From positions 68,859 to 132,858 of the IMG/VR virus record IMGVR_UViG_3300042691_053984: DNA of 64,000 bases, one strand, 5' to 3'. The first letter of the stretch is position 1, and every line of letters begins with the position of its first letter. Below are positions 1 to 8,963 of the stretch, one piece after another. The position numbers were made by a program, and so were the translations under genes. The stretch is from a virus. A model generated the notes under the pieces. It ran no database searches. It saw only the letters and a program-made list of their open reading frames with translations, and had not been told where the DNA came from.

Positions 1-860
1 ACGCCTATTTTTCGAGACAAATATGAGTCCCTTAGCAACAATTGCAACTTTACCTCAAATTCATTCATGTCAGAATATGTGACTGCATGCTCCATGTTGA
101 GGAAAGGATTGGGAACGATTGTTTGGTACTTTTGGTACAAGCAGCACGATTTTGCTCCGACTGCTTCATAGAACCTGTCGCAGTTGTCTCCGCCTCCCCA
201 TGCATCAATCACAATCCGAGAGCGTGAGATCATGCTCTTGTATTCCTCCGGATTCAGGGAGTTTCCCACACAGATCTTGTAGTTCGAAGACCGAGAAAGT
301 TCTTGAAGTCTGCGAAAAATCGGTTCTCTTAGGCCTGTTGCTGTTTGACCAAACACACAGAACACATCTATGTCCTTTTCAAAGTCAGGGGTGATGTGCC
401 TGTCCATCATACCAAAAGGTAGGGGTGTGATTCCCTTGTTTAAGTCTTCAGGATATGTCTCTCGTTTAAAGTAAAAATCGACAGCCTGTAACATTGGTTC
501 ATTTATCCAGTGAGCGCCTCGCCTCATTCTTGGGCAGACTAGCGAGGCTTTCATCTGATTCTGTTCTGGATAACCCGTGTTTGTCCATTCACTTCCGTCG
601 ACATAGACTTTTTTTACGTCATTTATGTCTGCAAATAAGTGATGCTTGGGTGGCTTGTTGTCTCTCACTTTTCCAAAAAAATACACGATTGCATCTGCGT
701 CGTGTAACTCGAGTCTCAAGACTTCATCAGCGCACGACTCTGTGATTCCGTTACCGACGTCCGATGCATACAATTCGCAGTTTAATTTTTTGAAACCTTC
801 GATGACACACTCAGCGGTGTAATCTCGTTTTCTATCTGGGGTGATGAGTATGAGCTTCAT
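1..860 (-). CDS. Glycosyltransferase (GT-B, CgeB/Glyco_trans_1_2-like), 3'-truncated by the window edge; not in the supplied ORF track
   Basis: My translation from the ATG at 860 (ATGA overlap with the upstream stop) gives MKLILITPDRKRDY...YFKRE...DIDVFCVFG...EEYKSMISRSRIVIDAWGGG...RFYEAVGAKSCCLYQ with no stop before position 1; the C-terminal motif pattern fits CgeB-like GTs. Confidence 0.7.
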   Translation of the reverse strand, partial: MKLILITPDRKRDYTAECVIEGFKKLNCELYASDVGNGITESCADEVLRLELHDADAIVYFFGKVRDNKPPKHHLFADINDVKKVYVDGSEWTNTGYPEQNQMKASLVCPRMRRGAHWINEPMLQAVDFYFKRETYPEDLNKGITPLPFGMMDRHITPDFEKDIDVFCVFGQTATGLREPIFRRLQELSRSSNYKICVGNSLNPEEYKSMISRSRIVIDAWGGGDNCDRFYEAVGAKSCCLYQKYQTIVPNPFLNMEHAVTYSDMNEFEVKLQLLLRDSYLSRKIG

Positions 861-1792
861 TTTTCCATGATTCTAAGGTATGAATTGAAAGAGGAAACTG
901 AATTTAAAGATTCAGCATCTATTTTTGACGTCAGTTTTTTTCTCTGTTCAAACACTTTAAACACTGTGTTCAACACGTCATCAGGAGAGCCAAATTGAAT
1001 TCCGTAGTTTTTGCACATTTCCACGATTCCACCACCATCTTTGTGATATGCAACCGGTAGCCCACATGCAGCCGCCTCAATGTGATGCATTCCACAGGCC
1101 TCCCAACGGGCGGCGGTGACGTACACATCGTGTTTCTTTAACTCATTCCCCAATTCTTTTCCATATAAAGGCGAAATGACCTTTGTGTTTTGTGGTACGT
1201 AGTCCTTGTAGTACCGACCGATGTACGTGAACTCAATGTCTTTCCTACCTGATATTACTTTGTCAAGTTCAATATATGAGTCAAATCCCTTGTTGTAATT
1301 GTCAGACCAGTGATGAGTCACAACCTTGACAACATTATCTTCTTTTTCAGGCTTACCTAGTGGATTGAAGTGGTACAGATTCGTACCGTTTCTGATTACG
1401 TAAGAGTCTTTCCTGAATCCCTTTTCCTGATAGTGTTTTTGCAACCATTCGCTTATGAAGATGGTTTCATCCGCAATCGCAGCATTCGCCCTGATATTGA
1501 GATCCACCAAAAAATTGGTGCCTCTTGGAATGTCGCTATCGTTGATTCGATGTACGACTTTTACGTTCTTTCCGCTGCTTTTTAAATGGTGTTTAAATTG
1601 CAACAGTTGATTTATGTCACCAAAACCTTCATCATCACGTGGATCGACCATGAATATGATGTCAACGTCTGGGTGATATTCATTTGTCACCTGATGCCCC
1701 AACTTTGTCAAATAATCTGCAAAGCCTGTGACAAAATGAACACCGCCGCCCCAAGGAGTACGTCTGAATTTTCTGTTAAAAAATATTTTCAT
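857..1792 (-). CDS. GT4-like (GT-B) glycosyltransferase
   Basis: VIRNGTN motif; DVYVTAARWEACGMHHIEAAACGLPV (E-x7-E). Confidence 0.9.
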   Translation of the reverse strand: MKIFFNRKFRRTPWGGGVHFVTGFADYLTKLGHQVTNEYHPDVDIIFMVDPRDDEGFGDINQLLQFKHHLKSSGKNVKVVHRINDSDIPRGTNFLVDLNIRANAAIADETIFISEWLQKHYQEKGFRKDSYVIRNGTNLYHFNPLGKPEKEDNVVKVVTHHWSDNYNKGFDSYIELDKVISGRKDIEFTYIGRYYKDYVPQNTKVISPLYGKELGNELKKHDVYVTAARWEACGMHHIEAAACGLPVAYHKDGGGIVEMCKNYGIQFGSPDDVLNTVFKVFEQRKKLTSKIDAESLNSVSSFNSYLRIMEK

Positions 1793-2697
1793 GGTGTTAG
1801 TAAATTAATCATTTCGATGTAAGGTTTATAACCTAACGGTAATAACCAGTCTGTTACATGCGGTATTTCAGGTTCCGCCAATCTTAAATCATTGTTTATC
1901 GCAGTGTCAGGCAGCACTTGTCTTGAAATTCCTACATCTCTCGAGACAACAGGAACCCTTAATAACCCACACTCAATCAATGCTTGTGGGCCACCCTCAC
2001 ATCGTGCAGATATTGGATACAAGTCTAAACACTGATATAAGTCATTAATAACTTCATGAGAGGGTCTTTCAAAGTAAGAAAAGCTTATTTTTGCATCTTG
2101 AAGTCTTTTTATGACATATTGACGTCGCCAACCTGCTAAAACAACGTGAATGTCTCTTGGTACAGAGATAGAGCTTTTGTGCTCAACAAAATCAACAAAT
2201 AAATCAGGGCCTTTCTCTAGCTTGGGACTGATTAAATCAAATCCTTCGGTATCTCTTTGAAAAGAGCCAATCAAAAACTTATCTGCAGGAAGATCATACT
2301 TTAGTCTAAGACTAGACTTTGAACCAGTTTTTTTCCATATGTTTTGATTTGCCCAATAGTGGACAAGTTTGATATTTTTACTTGTTAGACTTTTGACAAA
2401 TTCAAAAGTTTTTTCGTTGTATACATGGTAAAGGTCTGTGACCTGATCACGTTTTTGAAAATCTTGTCTTTCTTTTTCTGAAAACTTTTCAGGAACTATG
2501 TGATGAACCGTTGTGATGACATGTTTTGATCGCAAAAGATCATACGGAAGTTGATTCCAACACCAATCAGCCAATAACCAAATTACGTCTGCCTCAAGCA
2601 CATTATAAGTGCTAATTTCAGCATTATCTGAATACCACTCTTTGACAAATCTGTCAACAATCCAGTCTTCGCCTGGGGGTAAAATGAAAACTTTCAT
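1789..2697 (-). CDS. GT4-like (GT-B) glycosyltransferase
   Basis: DLYPISARCEGGPQALIECGLLRVPVVSRDVG (E-x7-E). Confidence 0.85.
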   Translation of the reverse strand: MKVFILPPGEDWIVDRFVKEWYSDNAEISTYNVLEADVIWLLADWCWNQLPYDLLRSKHVITTVHHIVPEKFSEKERQDFQKRDQVTDLYHVYNEKTFEFVKSLTSKNIKLVHYWANQNIWKKTGSKSSLRLKYDLPADKFLIGSFQRDTEGFDLISPKLEKGPDLFVDFVEHKSSISVPRDIHVVLAGWRRQYVIKRLQDAKISFSYFERPSHEVINDLYQCLDLYPISARCEGGPQALIECGLLRVPVVSRDVGISRQVLPDTAINNDLRLAEPEIPHVTDWLLPLGYKPYIEMINLLTP

Positions 2698-3725
2698 CAG
2701 TAAAAAAACCTTCTTTGAGCCCCACTCTGCCTAATTGCAAACAATAGATTCACGTCCATGTAAGCAGATTTGCACGTGTAGCCGTCTGTATTTGATTTAA
2801 TCGCATTAATGTTTTGCGTAAAAATCTCTCTCACGGCAACTTGCTGGTCATTTAAATGACCAATTTCATCATCTTTTGCCCATCTGAACTGGCGACCTGA
2901 AATAACTGCAGATATTTCTTTTGTACTCATGTATTCACCTACAACATTAACATCAATCTTCTCTGTGTCATGAGAATCGCCCAATCTGTGTATCTCAAAT
3001 ACGTTATCATCATTTGTTATTGTACCTCTTGTACAATAAATCCTCATTGACCGTGGTTTTCTAAACTTAGCTCGATTGTAAATTGAACTAAAGTTATAGA
3101 CTGCAGTCTGACCTGATGAAAACTTGATGACACCAAAATCCCAACCTTCTGTTTGATTTGAGATCATTCCGTTGTTGTCGGTATACGAGACTGGGTAGTG
3201 CGGGACGCTCGAGCCCACAACTTCAACTGGCTGTTTTTCAAACCCAATATATCTTCTGAGTTGAGAGATTCCGTGATACTCAAACGTTCGACAATCATTC
3301 ATTACTACGGTTGGCTGCCCGAAAAGGCCTGAATTCAGCAAAGTCATCTTAAATTCTTCGCAAGGAAGAAACGGCGTTTGCTCGTTTACAAAAACCTTTA
3401 CGCCTGCATCAGACGATGCATCATGTATCTCAGAGTCCCACACAGGAGTTTCCATGATGATAGGAATTCCGTACTTGATACAACTCAGCACGACTGATTT
3501 TATGGCGGATGAGTTTATCACAACTAAAAGTGCGTCAGGCCGGTTCTCAGAGATCATTAAATCGATGTCAGTGTATCTTTTCCACCCCCATGTCTTAGCA
3601 ACAAGGTCCCCCTTGTGGTGATCACGGTTCCAGAACCCACAAATCTCAAGATTTGGCATTGTTTTTGTGACAGGCCCATACATTTCGTGGATTCTTTTAC
3701 CTGCCCCAAGTACACAAATTTTCAT
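2697..3725 (-). CDS. Gfo/Idh/MocA family oxidoreductase
   Basis: N-terminal Rossmann MKICVLGAG; YTDIDLMI...PDALLVV; METP at the position of the usual EKP motif. Confidence 0.75.
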   Translation of the reverse strand: MKICVLGAGKRIHEMYGPVTKTMPNLEICGFWNRDHHKGDLVAKTWGWKRYTDIDLMISENRPDALLVVINSSAIKSVVLSCIKYGIPIIMETPVWDSEIHDASSDAGVKVFVNEQTPFLPCEEFKMTLLNSGLFGQPTVVMNDCRTFEYHGISQLRRYIGFEKQPVEVVGSSVPHYPVSYTDNNGMISNQTEGWDFGVIKFSSGQTAVYNFSSIYNRAKFRKPRSMRIYCTRGTITNDDNVFEIHRLGDSHDTEKIDVNVVGEYMSTKEISAVISGRQFRWAKDDEIGHLNDQQVAVREIFTQNINAIKSNTDGYTCKSAYMDVNLLFAIRQSGAQRRFFY

Positions 3726-4453
3726 TTTAGATCCTTTAATCTTTTTTCGTACAAATCATGAAGCACTTTGTGGTGCTCTTTTGACGCATACTTTCTTAGG
3801 TACTGATTTTCAGTTATGAAGTTGTATATCAATCTGATTGATCCCCTTGGATGAACGTCTGGGATCACTCCGTGAAGCATGGAAGTATCAAACAACATCA
3901 CCTGATCATTATTACTGAACAGTATTTCATTTTCAATTGAATTTATCAGATTGTTGTCAAAAGCTTGATTATTTGCATAGCACCTGTGAGAAGAACGTAT
4001 GAATTTTAGTCTTGGCTCAGGATGATCTACCATAGGATAAAAGATGATTTTATGTGCAGGAGGTGTGTTTCCAGCCCAGTGATTTATTCCGTTTTGATGG
4101 GTGTCTCTGTGCCAGTCTTGGTACGATCGCCCTGGTGCTGTTTTTACGACCTGAATATGTGAAAGAGTCAATCTCTTACAGGTGTATAACTCTAGCAAAT
4201 TATAGAGTTTGTTGTCAAACAAAAGATCAAGGAAGCAATTATCGTAACTGAAGACATCCGGTCTTAGATGGAACGAATTTTCCCGTTGCTCCCACGAAAA
4301 ATTGCCTTTAATCTTGTCAAGAAAAAGCAATTCATTCAGCGAATGAACAACTTCATCTTTGCTTTTTCCTCCTATGTTTAGCAGAGCAAAACCATCATGG
4401 TAATATTTTCCTGCTTCATCGAGTTCATCAGACGTGATTGGAGATAACTTCAT
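3722..4453 (-). CDS. PhyH-family 2OG-Fe(II) dioxygenase
   Basis: WHRD (HxD); FIRSSH; LFDTSMLHG distal His; downstream Arg (SIRLIYNF). Confidence 0.8.
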   Translation of the reverse strand: MKLSPITSDELDEAGKYYHDGFALLNIGGKSKDEVVHSLNELLFLDKIKGNFSWEQRENSFHLRPDVFSYDNCFLDLLFDNKLYNLLELYTCKRLTLSHIQVVKTAPGRSYQDWHRDTHQNGINHWAGNTPPAHKIIFYPMVDHPEPRLKFIRSSHRCYANNQAFDNNLINSIENEILFSNNDQVMLFDTSMLHGVIPDVHPRGSIRLIYNFITENQYLRKYASKEHHKVLHDLYEKRLKDLK

Positions 4454-5376
4454 TCTATTTCTCTCACATAATTAACGTAATGATTCATACACGTTTCCAT
4501 TGAGACGTCTACGTCGTACTTTAGGTCATTTTTGTGTGGAAGCCTATCAACTTGGCACAAATCTATTTTAGGCGGATTTGTGTAGTCCACAAGGTCAAAT
4601 TTGTATTCATCTTGCTCTTTTAAAACGACACCAAAGCTTTTTACAAGTTCTTTTGTTCCACCGTGCTCAGAACAAATAACCGGTGTCCTTTGTGACAGGC
4701 ACTCTACAACTGTGTTGGGGCAATGATCTAACCATGCAAGGTGGATCATCCAATCAGCAGCAGAAAACACCTCTAGACACACTTCGTGAGGCTGAGAGCC
4801 TGTATAAAATATGTGGGGGTCTGCAACCATGGTTGGATTGTTCCCCATCACGATCAACGCTGCGGAGTCATATGAATACCTAATGCGTTTAAAGAACTCA
4901 ATGTTGTCAAGCAGTCTTTTTTGAGGATGCCAATTTGCTGAGCACACGAATAACGCCTGATATTGCTGTCGAATTTGTTCCAAAGAGGACACCTTGAATT
5001 CTTTAATTTCTGGTGCGTTTATTCCGTTATGGATTACCTTGCCTGATCGTGGTTGTCCCCACCATTTTGTCACCATGTGCCTGTCAAAATCTGATTGCCA
5101 GATCACTCCATCAGCGCGTTGATACAGGCTTTTGATGGCAACATTCTTTGTCTCAAATTCGTGAGGAGAAAACCAAATGCCGTCTAGTCTTTGAATGACC
5201 CTTTTAGCAAGAGGTCTACCAGAAGGCTCAATAAAAACGATGGAAACATCTGAATTAGAACCGTCCTCTAGTTCAATGTCATGTCCGGTTTCAAGCAACG
5301 CCATTGCAAGTCTTTTTCCAAAAGAGTTAGGCCCCGAGGATGATGACATATCGACGTTGTCAAGGTGGATCTTCAT
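4450..5376 (-). CDS. GT4-like (GT-B) glycosyltransferase
   Basis: VIHNGI; ADWMIHLAWLDHCPNTVVECLSQRTPVICSEHGGTKELV. Confidence 0.85.
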   Translation of the reverse strand: MKIHLDNVDMSSSSGPNSFGKRLAMALLETGHDIELEDGSNSDVSIVFIEPSGRPLAKRVIQRLDGIWFSPHEFETKNVAIKSLYQRADGVIWQSDFDRHMVTKWWGQPRSGKVIHNGINAPEIKEFKVSSLEQIRQQYQALFVCSANWHPQKRLLDNIEFFKRIRYSYDSAALIVMGNNPTMVADPHIFYTGSQPHEVCLEVFSAADWMIHLAWLDHCPNTVVECLSQRTPVICSEHGGTKELVKSFGVVLKEQDEYKFDLVDYTNPPKIDLCQVDRLPHKNDLKYDVDVSMETCMNHYVNYVREIE

Positions 5377-5735
5377 GATCTCTTTTTTACCTCTGCGATG
5401 AAAGGAACTGCGAATGGCGTCTTGTTGAACATCACTGCCATCAACGCAACTTCCTTAGTGTTGATGTTGGACAACTGTGCCCTTTCGGTGAAGATGTTAG
5501 GATCCAACTCCTGACCACCGTTGATCGTGACTGAATCATAGTACATCTGGGCGATGTAATTGACTGATTCGTTAGACAGGGGCGTAGACGTTTGCTCAAA
5601 AACCTTTGACAAAGAGTAGAATATATCCTGATATATTTCAGAGCACACTTGCGAATTAAATTTTTCGCCCTTTCTTTTGGAAAGATTGTGAACTAAAAGA
5701 CCTGTAATGGTTTCATTCAAATTGTTTTGCGTCAT
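5373..5735 (-). CDS. Hypothetical protein (120 aa)
   Basis: ORF translationally coupled (ATGA overlaps) to both neighbours in the operon. Confidence 0.7.
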   Translation of the reverse strand: MTQNNLNETITGLLVHNLSKRKGEKFNSQVCSEIYQDIFYSLSKVFEQTSTPLSNESVNYIAQMYYDSVTINGGQELDPNIFTERAQLSNINTKEVALMAVMFNKTPFAVPFIAEVKKRS

Positions 5736-6487
5736 TTAACATATCCCCTGTGTCTTAAAAAGACGGCTTCGTCCTTCTGAAATTTTGCATCCGGTGTTTG
5801 GTATGTTTCCGGTACGTCATCTATCGTGTAGTGATACATCACCCTTGGGATGAAGCCTTTCATTTTTGCGTTGTGAAGCGCAGGAAGATATATCGCCTGA
5901 TCTCCGGCCCTTTTTATGTAACTTCCGTCTTCACCCCTGAAGTTTTCGTCCTTTACGTCGTTCAACAATCTCTTGCGAAATGTCTTGAGGTGACTAGAAA
6001 CCCATGGGTGCTCATAAGGATTGGAATCATTAGACATGGGACCACTGATGTTTTTATCAGTGAAACCCCACCTATGCGCCGTCCATAACGCATCAGCGTT
6101 TGTCTGTTGATAAAATGAATTCAACATTGACAGTGCGTCAACCTCAGTCAACCAATCGTCTGCGTCTATCCTACACACAATGTCGTCATCTTTACACTTT
6201 GAGATACCAAACAACACATTTGACACTTCCCACTGTTTACCACGAATGGGATCATCAGAGTTCCAAAAAACCTGTATCTTTGATGGGTCACGATCCAGCG
6301 ATTGTAGCAGCACCTGATGTGCTGCGATAATTGATCGGCACTTTTCTCTTTCAAGAGGTGACGAGACGTCGTCTATCAGGATCACCTGCCAGTCATCGTA
6401 AGACTGCGATACGATCGATGATAACATCTGTCCAACGTACGCAGACGCATTGTACATAGGAGCGACAAAAACAAATCTATTCTTCAT
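5732..6487 (-). CDS. GT2 family (GT-A) glycosyltransferase
   Basis: FVAPMYNA; ILIDDVSS; RIDADD (DxD). Confidence 0.9.
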   Translation of the reverse strand: MKNRFVFVAPMYNASAYVGQMLSSIVSQSYDDWQVILIDDVSSPLEREKCRSIIAAHQVLLQSLDRDPSKIQVFWNSDDPIRGKQWEVSNVLFGISKCKDDDIVCRIDADDWLTEVDALSMLNSFYQQTNADALWTAHRWGFTDKNISGPMSNDSNPYEHPWVSSHLKTFRKRLLNDVKDENFRGEDGSYIKRAGDQAIYLPALHNAKMKGFIPRVMYHYTIDDVPETYQTPDAKFQKDEAVFLRHRGYVK

Positions 6488-7422
6488 CTTACGTCCGTCA
6501 CAAATGATCTGATGGTCTCTTCGAGGGCGGACGAAAACTCCCTGTATTCGTGTCCCACGAGAGAATTGCTTTTCTCAGAAGAGATCCAATATTTCTTATC
6601 GTGACCTTTTCTATCTGTGACAAAATCTATCACATCATCAATTTTAAGTTGTGATCCTGTGATTGTATTGTATCCCCTGATTATCTCACGGATGGTATCA
6701 AGATTGGACATTGAGTGACCCGAGGAAATGTTGTATGTGTTTCCATCGGCCCAATTATCGAGAAGCTTCCTGATGATTGAGACGGTGTCCTTTACGTAGG
6801 TCCATTCTCTTTCCTGCGAACCATCTCCGTACACGGGAAATTTCTTTCCGGATGAAATCAGCTGTAACAGTTTTGGAATTAACTTTTCCGGAAACTGCCT
6901 CGGACCAAAGTTGTTTGACGGGCGTACAATGAATGCCTTCACTTTGTGGGTGTTCCTGTACGCAAAGATCATCATGTCTGCCGCAGCTTTTGTCGCCGAG
7001 TAGGGATTCATTGGATGAAGCCGATCATACTCTGTGAAGGGTCTTGTGTCCGCCGGGCCGTATACTTCATCGGTGGATACATGACACAATGGCACCGAGT
7101 GTTCAACACATACATCTAAAACAGACGTTGTGCCCAATACGTTAGAAAAGACAAACTGTCTTGACGCCTTGATCGAATTGTCAACGTGTGTCTCAGCGGC
7201 AAAATTGACGATCACGTCAGGGCTAAAACTTTTCACAACCTCTGATAGTCTTTTGGTGTCGCAGATATCAAACGTTTCAAGACGATGAATTCTGTTAAGT
7301 GATTTGATGTCTGAGGCATAGGTCATCTTATCGACAACTACGACCTCATCGCCGACTGAGGTGAAATGATCATATGCATGGCCGCCGATGAAACCGGCAC
7401 CACCCGTGAGTAGGATCTTCAT
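6484..7422 (-). CDS. rmlB: dTDP-glucose 4,6-dehydratase
   Basis: TGGAGFIG; DKMTYA; NFAAETHVDNSI; HVSTDEVYG; PYSATK; NNFGPRQFPEKLIP. Confidence 0.95.
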   Translation of the reverse strand: MKILLTGGAGFIGGHAYDHFTSVGDEVVVVDKMTYASDIKSLNRIHRLETFDICDTKRLSEVVKSFSPDVIVNFAAETHVDNSIKASRQFVFSNVLGTTSVLDVCVEHSVPLCHVSTDEVYGPADTRPFTEYDRLHPMNPYSATKAAADMMIFAYRNTHKVKAFIVRPSNNFGPRQFPEKLIPKLLQLISSGKKFPVYGDGSQEREWTYVKDTVSIIRKLLDNWADGNTYNISSGHSMSNLDTIREIIRGYNTITGSQLKIDDVIDFVTDRKGHDKKYWISSEKSNSLVGHEYREFSSALEETIRSFVTDVR

Positions 7423-7425
7423 AGT

Positions 7426-8247
7426 TCAACTCCCGTAGTTCTGGATACACCAGTTAAGCGCGGACTCTGCGTTACGAGGCAGGTAGCCTGTGGACGCAAG
7501 TTTTGAAAGATCCAGCAACGTATTGACACGCCTGACCTCAAGCGTCTTGACGTAATCTTCATAGTTTACGCTGTCCACAATTAGTGCAGGATTTAGTGAC
7601 CTTACTCTCAAGGCAATGTCATATGGACTCATGAAACCGCTGTTTGCAACATTATAGATTCCATAGTGCTCACCGGAAATCAGGTGGTCAATCATATCTC
7701 CCATATCTTCAATACATGTCAACGAGTTTTTTGACGTGATGAACTTGCCTGATGTCATTGACACGAATTTAGTGATCATGTTGGTGGGATAAGGTAACTT
7801 TGAGATCAATTGACGAGGTCTCACGATGATAGTTTTTCTGTGGTTCAACCTGACTATCGAACTATCTGCCTCTGCTTTTGTCTTGGTGTACCATGCAGCC
7901 GGCGTTGGTTCATCGTCTTCGGTGTATAACTTTTCCGTCTCGCCTCCGTCAAAAATGCACCCGCTGCTCACGTGCACGAGGCGTAGATCAAGTTCCTTGC
8001 AAACTTTTGCTACGTTGATTGCACCGATAACGTTGACGTCATACGCTTCAATCTTATTGGTCTCGCACCACTCAAGGTTTATCTTTGAGACCGTGTTGAT
8101 AACGGTGACATCGTCTCCTGAAAATTCCCTGAGTCGATTCATTACATTGTTAAAGTCTTTGATTTCAATGTCAGAATGTGACAAAACGACATCAGATTCT
8201 TTCCTGATCACTGTTGCAACTTTTCCTGCCCCTACAATCACCCTCAT
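7426..8247 (-). CDS. NDP-4-keto-6-deoxyglucose reductase, RmlD superfamily; resembles the bifunctional NRS/ER 3,5-epimerase/4-reductase
   Basis: NLEWCETNK; SSGCIFD; YTKTK (YxxxK); NMITK; GIYNVAN; RVNTLLDLSKL. Confidence 0.8.
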   Translation of the reverse strand: MRVIVGAGKVATVIRKESDVVLSHSDIEIKDFNNVMNRLREFSGDDVTVINTVSKINLEWCETNKIEAYDVNVIGAINVAKVCKELDLRLVHVSSGCIFDGGETEKLYTEDDEPTPAAWYTKTKAEADSSIVRLNHRKTIIVRPRQLISKLPYPTNMITKFVSMTSGKFITSKNSLTCIEDMGDMIDHLISGEHYGIYNVANSGFMSPYDIALRVRSLNPALIVDSVNYEDYVKTLEVRRVNTLLDLSKLASTGYLPRNAESALNWCIQNYGS

Positions 8248-8963
8248 TTTTCACCCCACATCATAAGATTTGCCTTTTTGTACGAATCATGAGTCCCGGC
8301 GTCGACCCACCCACACGTCAATTCAACCGAAGAACCTGCGTCATTTTTAACTAGATGAGAATTAACGTCGCTGATTTCGTACTCTCCTCGCGCCGAAGGC
8401 TTCAAGCGATTGATCACTCCAAAGACAGACGGTGAGTAACAATAAAGACCGACTACTGCGTGATCGCTACTAGGAACAGCGGGTTTCTCTGCGATGTCAA
8501 CGATCTTTCCTTCGTGGAATGTTGGAACGCCAAATCTTTCCGGGTCTGGTACACGTTTTGTAAATAGCTTAAACGTGTCATCAGACTCTGCGAATCTTTT
8601 CACGTGTGATGCGACTAAAGGTTGATCGTCAAAGATGTTGTCGCCGAGGATGACTGCAAACTTATCTCCTCCGACAAAGTCCTTACACAACTTCAAGGCT
8701 GCAGCGATTCCATTGGCGGAATCTTGGACCCTGTATGTCAAAGAACAGTTGTATTCCGCACCAGAACCCAGCATTGCAATCACGTGTCCCATGTGATCCG
8801 GTCCTGTGACAAGCATTACCTCTTTCACACCTGCCATTGTCAACACATTGAGACAGTGATTTATGATCGGAAGTCCACCGACGGGAAGAAGACACTTGTT
8901 GGTCACCTTTGTGAGAGGCATGAGCCTTGATCCGGTGCCTCCGGCAAGAATGATTCCTTTCAT
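8244..8963 (-). CDS. rmlA: Glucose-1-phosphate thymidylyltransferase (short form)
   Basis: ILAGGTGSRLMPLTKVTNKCLLPV; LGDN; PERFGV; EKP; SARGEYEISD; WVDAGT. Confidence 0.95.
   Translation of the reverse strand: MKGIILAGGTGSRLMPLTKVTNKCLLPVGGLPIINHCLNVLTMAGVKEVMLVTGPDHMGHVIAMLGSGAEYNCSLTYRVQDSANGIAAALKLCKDFVGGDKFAVILGDNIFDDQPLVASHVKRFAESDDTFKLFTKRVPDPERFGVPTFHEGKIVDIAEKPAVPSSDHAVVGLYCYSPSVFGVINRLKPSARGEYEISDVNSHLVKNDAGSSVELTCGWVDAGTHDSYKKANLMMWGEK

Noticed and set aside
42-745. Short plus-strand ORFs at 42, 119 and 494
   Set aside because: They overlap the real minus-strand glycosyltransferase at 1-860
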